A stretch of DNA of 64,000 nt from Amoebophrya sp. A120 (lineage: Eukaryota > Protista > Dinoflagellata): assembly GCA_905178155.1 (NCBI GenBank), contig CAJINV010000013.1, forward strand, positions 2,050,281-2,114,280, given 5' to 3'. The notes under the pieces were generated by a model, which saw only the letters and a program-made list of their open reading frames with translations, did not search any database and was not told where the DNA came from. The translations under genes and the position numbers were made by a program. Shown here piece after piece: positions 54,701 to 64,000 of this stretch (positions are counted from its first letter, which is position 1; each line of letters starts with the position of its first letter).

Positions 54701-57700
54701 AACAAGAGTGGTCTTGCTCGGGCTTCAGGATGACCGGAACATCCCCCTCTCTGGTGGTCGCGACGTCCTTGATTCTTTCGTCGGAAACAGCAGGTATATT
54801 TTCGGAAACCTTCGGCGCAGAAGCGGCATCGAACTCTTTATTTCGCTCCTCAGTGCAGTTCGTCTTGTAGTTCTCACCAAAAGTTGTAGGACCGCCCGAA
54901 GCAGTAGGAGGCGGACGAGAAGGATGAACTGACGTGGGCAATCCTCCTCGTGCTGCAACCTCTTTGGAGGAGTTGAGGACCTCTTCCCTAGAAGTACTAG
55001 ACGCTGATTTTTGTTTTTCTTTTTTCTCTTGTTTTTTCGGAATATCGTCGTCGTCAATGTCGTCAATGTCGTCCAAGTCAAAGAATTTGCTCATTTTCCG
55101 CTCCGCCGAGGTCAGACTCACGTCACTGGGTTCTCGTTTTTGTACCTCATTGCCGTTGTTCACGACCTCCTCGTCCTTTGCAAACAAACTTAAATCGATC
55201 AGGTCCACGCTCTTCGCCTGGAGCCCCGCCAGCTGTTCCTGCTCCTGTAGCTGTTGAGCGGCAATTGTAATAGTAGTCGCTGCCCCGGCTGCTCTCCCCG
55301 GAGTCGACGTGACCGCTAGGTTCATATCGGAGATGTCGGAGAGATTGTCGTCGTCCTTGTCGTTCTCTTCAATAGCTCCGTCAACAGGAGCAGGTGGAAG
55401 ATCTTCAAGCCTTTCATCGTGTTGATGTCCATTTTTTTTCTGCGACGCCACCAATCCGGCGTCAGCACCGACCCGTCCGTGGTGCTGGTCTATAATCTTC
55501 GCAACATCCTCATCATCCTCATCACTTTCGTCTTTCAGAATGTCGTCGATTTCTCGGATAGGGGGAGCTCCTAATGCAGCAGGAGTGCTGGTGCTAACAA
55601 TATTCTTCGTTGGCAGCTCAACCGGCGTACTTTTTAGCTGTTGCTGTAGTTCCCTCCCGTCATGATCTGCAGCCCCGCGGCCACACATTTCCAAATCGAT
55701 CAAGTTTTGCAAATCGTAGCAGCTGTCAGCCCCACCGTCGCTCGGCACCGGTGGTGGTTCCTTTCCTTTCGGCTCCTGATTATGTGCAGGCGAAGGAGAT
55801 GCTCCTCGTCCTCGCGGGGGTGGTCCACCTCCCATCAACAGTGACATGATATCCTCCTCGGTGGCGTAGACCACCGTGTTCTCAACAACCTCGGTTACTT
55901 GCTCAATGTTTTTCGTTGCTGCTAAAATCGAAGAGGGGCCTTCTTGTTGTACTTGTGCTCCTTCTTGTGCTCCTTGCGAGATTTCAGCTCCACGAGAACA
56001 ATCTTGTTCACCCCGCCCTGGAGGTGTCGCAGCACCCAGAAGATCCACCTCTTGTCCCTGCTCCTCCGTAGTTGGTCCAGACCCAGAGGGTAGTTCTTTT
56101 GCTGCGGCCTCTTCGTCCTTTACTGCTTCACTACAAGAACTTTCGCCAGGTTTCATATTTTCACGACTTCCAGCAGCAACATCTGCATTTGCAGTAGATG
56201 ACGCGGCTGCACCAAGATCCTCGTTTTTACCCTCCTCCTGCTCCTCCCCTTCTCGGTCCGCCTCGGCGCGGCACTCGGATAATTCGTCGCTGCTGTAGGA
56301 AGAAATCTCGTCGTTGGCAATGCGCGACTTGTGCACCGCCCACCCGAATTTGTCGCGCTGGACAGCAGAGCAGACCTCGATTTCCATTTGAGGATCTAGA
56401 ACTTCGTCGTCCTTTTTCAGTCGCGCGTTTAGAGCATCTTGCTGCGCATCGCTCTCCAGAAGGTCATGCTGGGGAGCTGGGATCTGGAAGGATTTTTGAT
56501 AAATATTTTTTATCGGGTTCTTTGCAAGGAGAACTCATTCACTTTCGTGTTGACGTATCACAAAACTCATGCGCATAAACAACGATACACATTGAGTAGA
56601 TTCACTAAGATTGCACTACTACACTGATCCCGATTGTGATCTATCATATAATCCATGTGCTGACCAAACCTACCCAGAAAAATGAAAACGATTTAAACTC
56701 TTGAGTTACCTTCTGCCCCACATCCAGTGTCTCGTCGGTCATTTTCATCAAGAAGTCCGATTCATTGTCAAAGAGTTGCCCCTCGGATTTTTGTGCGATA
56801 TTCGTCTCATCCGAATCTTTTTCTACCTCGATGGCGCCAGACCTTTTTCCATTTCGCGCTTCGCAGTCCACCAAAGCGGACGACGCGTTTGAAAAAGCCG
56901 ACTCCTTTGATCCTCCAGGCCCTTGCCCATTCGCATTCACTGCGGCCTCCGTGGCGGTAGTGGCTTTCGAAGGCTGTAGTTCCACCTCCGCGTGCACTTG
57001 TTTTTCTTCCTGCGACGGCTTCACCACGTCAACAGCTCTTTCTGCGGAAGTTTGCTGGTGCGCAGCAGAAGAAGTCCCACGATCTTCTTCAAATGCGGCC
57101 GATTTGCTGGTGTAGTTGTAGTCTTCACCAGCTTCGTTTTTCGCTTCATCTTTCGTGCAGTTGTAATTATAGTAGCTGTCAGAAGCGGATGATGTCCCTC
57201 GGTAGTTATTGTTGTAGCTAGAATTGTACTCAGTCTTGCTGTTTGTCTTGTAGTTGTGGTATGATGAAGTACCACTTCCGTGTTCCGTGTCTGCGTTGTT
57301 TTCCTGGTCCCTGTCGTAGGAAAAATGATCTTTCTTGTTGTAATAATCGCTATCGAAGCTCCCGCCATTTTTCCAGCCGGAGTCGTTGTTGTAGCCAGCG
57401 CTTTCGTTTTTGTAGGAGCTGCTGTAGTTGTCATCATTATGTCCCTTGCCATGAGGATATCCACTTGACTTTTTGCCTTTTGATGTTCCCTTGTAGTTAT
57501 TCTTGTTGGCAACATCATGATACCCGCTTTTGGACGTGGTGCCCGAGGACTTCTTGTGAGTACCCGCTTTCGCTTGTTTCGTCCCGCCACCACACTCTCC
57601 ATCTGGTCGCACGTACCACGACGAACCGTCCTTATCTTCGCTGTTATTCGTCGTGTTGCTGCTATTTTTGTTGTGGTAATTTTGGTCATCATGCTTCCAT

Positions 57701-60700
57701 CCAGATGATGACGTGCTGCCGTACTTGTACTCATCGTGCTGTTGCCCCCCCTGCCCACGGCCCTGTCCGGCGTAGCTCCCGTCGTGGTCGTACCAAGAGC
57801 TGCTGCCAGAGTTGTCGTCGTTGTCTCCAGCAGACGACGACGCACCATTTGATGCGTCTTTGTTGTTATTTCGGTTGTAGTAGTTGTTATTATCATTTCC
57901 TTGTTGGCTATAATAACCTCCACTAGAATAATTACGGTCGTTCTCGCCATAATTGTCATTGTTGTAGTTGCTCGACGAGGCAGACGTCCACGTTTTAGTA
58001 TTCACGTTGCTACTTCCCCCGTAGCTGTTGTCTGCCGCCCCCGACGACGATGCACCGCTGCCCTTGTAATTGTTCTGCTTCTGCGTGTAGTCGATCCTGT
58101 TGTTCTGCGTGTAGTCAATCTTGTCTCCCCGGTTGCTGAAATTATTGTTGCTGTTCGCGTTTATATTGTTGTGGTAGTTTTTGTCATCAGGAGTCGGGGT
58201 CGAGCTGTTGTAATTACTAAAATTATTGCCGTCAGGAGCATAATTCATCCCCGACACGCTACCGGTACCACCACCCGTCCGGGCGTTTGGATGCACGTAC
58301 CTGTTTTCGCCTCCGCTGGGCAGCTTCTTGTCGAGGTAGCCGCGGCCCGACTGCTGCTTTTCTGCGCTCGCACGCCAGTCGTCGCTGCTCAAAACGCGTG
58401 CAGTGCGGGAGCTGCTCGCCGTCGGCAGAGGACCGCGGCTTTTTGATGTTGTATTGGTCCCCGATGAACTGTGAGCAGTGGTCGAAAAAGTTGTAGTGGT
58501 ACCGCTACCATATCAAAATGAAAAATCCCCCCTCCCCATATTGAAACGTAAATTTCTGCTGCTGGATTTGTGTACACAAATCAGCCCTGTCTTGCAACGA
58601 GGCACTGCAGGCAAAGCCTCAGTCTGCGTAGGGCTGTTTCTGTGTAGGTGCTTAGCATAGCAGAGACATTCGATGTAGGCATAACAGGATTACAAATCGC
58701 CGGCATAAAGCGGCGGACTCTTTGCATTTGCCCCCTTGCAAGAGCGATTTGTGGTCACAAATCAGCATCACAAATTTTTAGCAGCATGCCTTTTCAGTAT
58801 GGGGTGGAGGGGGGATTTTTCCCTACGATATACCACTACTAATCCCAATCCCGTACACCGCCGCCACCGCCACAAATTCCTTCTTCGAGTCGTTGCCCCG
58901 GGATTTCGGATTGCGCGCCAGCTCGAACTCCCAGCACTGGCCCTTTGCGAACCTTTTCGCATGGTTGTCGCCCCAGAAGTGGACCCGGTGGTCCACATCC
59001 GCGAGTAAAATCCCGTGGTCGCAAAGCAGGTTCTTCGACCGCAGTAGTGCGACTTTTCCGTACTTTATATGGTAAGGAAAAATGAATCCCCCCTCTCCAC
59101 ATCGACAAGGCATGATCCTTCTGAAAATTTGCAGAGCTGATTTGTGGCCGCAGAAGATCATGGCGGCTGTCTTGCAAGTAGAAGGCAAATCTAGAATGTC
59201 CGCCGCATTATGGTAAGTACGCAGGCAGATTGTGACTCTGCTAGACCCACAGGGCGGCAGACGTCTGGCATGCAGCTAAGTGGCGACCGCAGAACATTTT
59301 CCCTGCCCAGGCTTTGTATCTACTTCCTGCATTCCGCCACTGAAAGACAAAGCTGCATTTTGATATGGGGAGGAGGGATTTTTCCGCACAATACTTTCCC
59401 TCCCGGATTTCCCCATGGTGCCAGTACATTGCCTCCACCACTTCGCCACGGAGCCGCTCCCGAATGCGGAAAGCTTCCTCGAGCGGCAGCGCCGCCTCTT
59501 CCTTGGGCGGAATTAGCCCGCTGACGTCTTTCTGCTGCTGGCGCAACGTGGCCAGAGCCAGCATCTCCAACGGGCTCGTCCCTTGCTGAAACTCCGCACT
59601 TACCGCCTTGAAGTAGAGAATCTTCGTAGTTGTTGTTTGTAGTTCCTGCTGTTCACCAAAAATACCAGTCGTCGGAGTAGAAAAAGAAAAATCCGCACTG
59701 GCACTACTACTCTGCAGTTGTACGATCTCCACCTCTGCCTCGGCTAATTTGAAGCTAAACTTCTGCCCCATTTGGAACTTATCAATGCCGCTCCGCCGCA
59801 TCACGTCCGACCAGTGCAACAGCACGCTGCCAAGAAAGTCCTTCGGCGCAATCAGCACCGCGTACTCCGTGGAACCAGACGACTCATTTTTCCCCCCGTG
59901 CACCGACTCCACGACCCCCTCGAGCCGTTCCTGCAGCGCGCACAGCTCCGCCTTTGTCCGGGTTCCGGGAAACAGATCCGCTGCAGCCGCTGCTGGAGTC
60001 GTGGTTGTACTTTTACTGTTGCAGTTATTTGTACTTCCTGGCGCCGTTTTCATTGAAGTCGCGCACTTATCGGCGGGCGAACCGTCCTGCTCGATGTCTC
60101 CTTTAGCGGAAGCAGCGACATCAGCCACAGCGTTTTTATTGCTGTCAGGAAGACAATCATCTAGTAACGAAGCACCGGACGAAACACCAGAGTCGTTGAT
60201 CGCCAACATGTTCATAATATCCGCACCAGTGGAAGTGCCACAACCTCCTGAGCATCCTGATTCATCCTGCGTTGCCAGAATCTTCTTGTTCCCGATTGTA
60301 GAAGAAGTAGAAGTGACCACAAGCTTCTCCGACGACGTAGCCGCATCTTTATCTTTTTCTAAAGATAAAGAATTGTTCATCGCGGACGAGGAGCTACTAA
60401 ACACTTTCGGCTCCTGTGGCATGCGCTTCACCACCTGCTGCACGGTGGTGCTGATGGGTTCGTGCGGGGTCTTGCCACCGCCGCCCCCCGGGCTGCTGTG
60501 CAAACTGTTACAACTGTCGGCTTCATCTTGGTTGGGTGACACGAACTGCTCCAGCGAATCGTGCTGAGAACAATGAGAGGACCCAGCAGAATCGAACTCA
60601 TCCTTGTTTCCACGAAGTACAGAACCCATCGTGGTGGTCCCCCTCTGGTCAGGGGACGCGCAGGACCGCTCTTCCACGGCTTCCACCAATTTCTGTTCTT

Positions 60701-62899
60701 CATCTCCTTCATCAGGACTATCGCGCTTGATGTCCTCTTCTCGTTCTTGATGTCCCACGTCGCGGGAAGATCTTGCGGCCTCGTTACTGGTTGCGTCGAG
60801 GTGGACCTGCTCCGCTGTGCTTACGTTTATTTTTCCTTCTTGTTTCTTATTCTGCTGCTGGTCGTCCGGCTGCTCCTGGTCTCCCGCCCCGGGTTCGTTT
60901 TTGTATTTGTTGAGTGCCAGGGTTTTCTGCTTCTGCTGCTTCAGGTCTAGATCCCGTTGGCTCATCAGCCCAGCTGTTTGTCGCTTCGGAACTACAGCAC
61001 CTCTTGTTGTTCCGCTCTGCTGCTGTTGTTCCGAAGTAGATTTACTCGCTCGACCGATACCTACCGTTCTGTTTCCCGGCGTCGGTGGGGAATAGGCAAC
61101 CGTGGAATTGGAGCTGTTCGGCGGGCCGACGGCGGTGCTCGTGTTGCTCGACATATTCTTCGTGTTGTAGTTGTAGCGTTGCCCGCTATACTGCTGCTGC
61201 CCGGGCACCGGAGGGGGCACCCGGCTATTAACTCCGCTGCCATTGCTCGTACTATGTGAGCCGCTCCGCATGTGATTACTATATCCGGTGGTCGTCGTGT
61301 CCCGATAGTTGCTGTTGCCGGTCGTGCCATTACCCGCCCTAACGGTTGTATTGGTAAACGACGCATTGGATGGGGGAGAAATTTGATGGTACTGGTTATT
61401 GACGGGCGCCCGGGGTTGTGCGGGTGCCGGCAGACTCGTGTAGTGCAGCCTCATGTTCTCGTCTACAGTCTCCGTATGGAAGTGCAGAAACAAGCGCTAT
61501 TCCTGTAGCTGCAATACTTGCAAAATAAATGCACATCGTTGCCTCAGTCTTGATGCCAACAGTTCTCATCCATCTCTTGCATGCCATTGCCACGCAGCTA
61601 GAGATCTACCTTGCTTTGTAGGAAGACGTCAGCTCCAAGCAGTACGTAGAAATGCTACAATTACAGCACGATTTCCTTTCCGTATTTTCTCCGATACTGG
61701 ATGGACCCGTCTGTTCCCGGTTATGAAATGGCAAAATTCTGTAGACTTTAAGATAGCATATCTCTTGAATATTTTGCTGCAAATTTGATTTAGTGATGTG
61801 GTCGTATCGGAGATGATTCTTGTTTGCATGGAACGAGGCAGGAGCAAGAGCAACGCGAACAACACGCCCAGGATACCGGTTTCACATAAGCCTATATCGA
61901 AGCTCAAAGCCGCTGCCGCTCCTGCAGAATTGTAAACCCAGCAACATTGGAACAAACTCGAATTTTTTTTTCATGACGTTTATTACTTCACAACGTCTAC
62001 AAGCATTTGTAGTGCGCGGAGGCCGCACCAGACGAGCGTCGCAATTTCATAGCAGCTGCACTTCGACGCTGCCGCACGACGACATGTGTACGTACTCGCG
62101 ACGGTATTCGCTGTTGACAAGCAGATTTGGGTAAGAGCAAGAGTTCCCCTGTGGCGGAGGGGGGGGCCGCGGAGGAAGGTTGTATGAAAACAAAAACGAG
62201 GACGAAACCAAAGAAACTTCTCCTTCTTTCTGCTCATACGAAACCTACAGCACTACTAGTGACTTTGCTACTAGAAGAAGACTTTTGATGACGCGAACTG
62301 ACGGGAAGTCAAGCGTCTACTTAAAGATGGCAATAACTTCACCGAGACCTGCGTATGAACAATAACCCTCGCTTTTTTTCAATTTCAAGTTCCCAAAGTT
62401 AAAGTCTACAGAATTTATTAGCAAGCGATAGCTGCAGCTGCATCAGGTTGTTCGGAGCCATTTGCTGCTGCTGAACCCGCAATTGCTGCTGCTGTTGCCT
62501 TTGCTGCAAAAGCTGCTGCTCGATGATTTGCTGGCGCTGCTGCGACGCGGCCATTTGCTGGTGCTGTTGCTGCTGCAGGTGGAAGTGCTGTTGGTGCTGC
62601 ATCATGTTCACCGAATTTTGCTGCTGCTGCTGCTGCATGAGGTGCTGCTGGTGTTGCATCATCATCGGCTGCTGCGGCTGCATGGTCATCGGAGAAGAAT
62701 ATTGCAGTTGATGCCCCCCGCCTTGCTGACCCACAGGACCCATGTTGCTCCCGACGCCCATGTTGTCGTAGCCCCCGCCTGCTTGGTGTTGGTAAGTACT
62801 CGTCGACATGGGATCGAAGTACAGGTCCGGTACTACTTGCTGAGTCGGAGGGGAGACGAATTGCTCACCCGGGTAGTTGTAATGCTGATTCGAGTTCAT
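51718..62899 (-). CDS. Very large protein: Q-rich N-terminus, two cold-shock/OB-fold-like segments, N/Y/S-rich, acidic and W-repeat regions, coiled-coil C-terminus
   Basis: ORFs of 750, 582, 602 and 805 aa. In-frame joins across elements 59068 (REGKY|GKVAL), 58511 (ISSG|SGTT), 54455 and 54158 (WQS|SLLQTKGKNSLFSGVA|DLDDDW). Links at ~56.6 kb and 61.5-62.4 kb are inferred, not resolved. Confidence 0.7.
54158..54401. mobile_element. Introner element, diverged family A
   Basis: TIR tatgcgatacaaatatgtc / tatttgcagtgcgta; TSD ccgcc; interior related to the 45126 copy; GC-AG ends possible. Confidence 0.88.
54455..54616. mobile_element. Introner element, family E
   Basis: TIR tgtcaagcaaaaaagtgttaacgttaacgg / ccgttaacgtttaacactttgtcgtgtgata; TSD aactt. 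Confidence 0.88.
58511..58830. mobile_element. Introner element, family B
   Basis: TIR tatcaaaatgaaaaatcccccctccccatattgaaa / ttttcagtatggggtggaggggggatttttccctacgata; TSD tacca. Confidence 0.94.
59068..59393. mobile_element. Introner element, family B
   Basis: TIR tatggtaaggaaaaatgaatccccc / gatatggggaggagggatttttccgcacaata; TSD cttta/ctttc; 331-nt removal restores the frame. Confidence 0.9.
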
Positions 62900-64000
62900 T
62901 TTTCGGTCGGTTTTCGAAAAAAAGCTGGCTCAACTTTCTTCAAAAGCGGAGACTGTTGACGTCCTCGTCGACCTGGCGGGATTATGTGTTCCTGTTCGTT
63001 CGGTACTGTATCACTTTCACTTTCATTTAGAAGCAACTTCTTGCACCAGCTGCAGCTCGTCGAAAAATCATGCCGCTTGTCTCTAGTACAACTACTTCAC
63101 CGCCGGTGTTACATAGAAGAAGAAGAATCAATGATGCGGGATAGTTACTTACTCGTATTTCGTTTTCGGAAACGAAAAATCTTACCTGTATGTTTCGATC
63201 CTAGTCCAGTCGATTCTGCTTTTCAACAATCCGCCGACTTCTTTCTGCACGATGTGTCGATGGTGGCAGATTTTCCCAGGTGAAGTGCAGTTTTGCTTTT
63301 CCGGCTGCCGCTGGCTGCTTTTGGTGTATCACCTGGCCGGTTGGAAGTCGTGTTTCCCTACCGTGTTTCGCACCCAGTAAGAAACGTTTGGCAAAACAGT
63401 ACCTGGTGTGATACGAGTAAAATGCTTTATCACGAGCACCATCTCATTCACGGCATAACAGATAATTCACACCCCCACTCGTTAGATAGATGATGACCAC
63501 GCTCAACGTAACATCGACCATAGCATTTTTTCCACATTGAAAATGATTTTCACACATGAATTTGTATTTGATCCTACCTTCTATTTTTCCCCTAAATGCC
63601 GTGCCGTGATTCTCCTCTGATTCTGCCGCAGAAACAACTTTTCAAGATCCCAAGCAAACGCTTTCCGGGTTTGGCGGACTAGAAGCACCTCCAAGGATCA
63701 GTTTCGCGATTTGTACTTACCAAGGTCGCATCAGCTCTGCCATGCGGAACTTGCACACACGAGAAGCAGATGACCTTGCTTCCAAAACTCTACCAAAGCA
63801 AAACCTCTAGCAAAAGCAGACACACCTTGCACGATACACGTGCTGCAGCACGCCTAGAAACACAACTCATTTTCTTTGGATTTTGCGTAGGCATCAAAGG
63901 TACTTACCTCCTATGTTTCCCCTTCACTTCCTCTTTATTTTCTCTTCCGCTTTACAAGCAAAATTTCCGACTGTGGTAGCGCGCGACGCGGCGATCGATT

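Noticed and set aside
62462-62959. Leu-rich and Cys-rich plus-strand ORFs
   Set aside because: Antisense shadows of the poly-Gln exon on the minus strand; the same applies to most plus-strand ORFs opposite long exons.

Overview
Eukaryotic genomic DNA, most likely a Syndiniales dinoflagellate such as Amoebophrya (inferred from intron architecture and single-strand gene arrangement, not from a marker gene). Every gene I can support lies on the minus strand: a NEPRO/RMP1-like gene, a membrane-protein gene, adenylosuccinate synthetase (~16 exons), an SLX9/FAM207A-like gene, a GGKG-rich gene, a GC-rich AP2-like gene, an EF-hand gene and two very large low-complexity genes. The dominant feature is over 25 non-autonomous elements of 120-400 bp from about 8 sequence families. 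They nearly all end in TA(T/C)...(A/G)TA, have terminal inverted repeats (TIRs) and a mostly 5-bp target-site duplication (TSD), and most sit inside coding sequence. At each junction I checked, removing the element plus one TSD restores the reading frame, including the GAQWGDEGKG motif of adenylosuccinate synthetase and an EF-hand loop. Most copies cannot give GT-AG or GC-AG ends, and the same family occurs in both orientations, so they behave as non-canonical introner elements. Two have grown to ~1.8-1.9 kb: one carries a 129-bp satellite, the other a nested 1.6-kb element with 21-bp TIRs, hairpins and a 109-bp satellite. No autonomous transposase, rRNA, tRNA or CRISPR array was seen. Coordinates were counted by hand and some may be off by a few bases.
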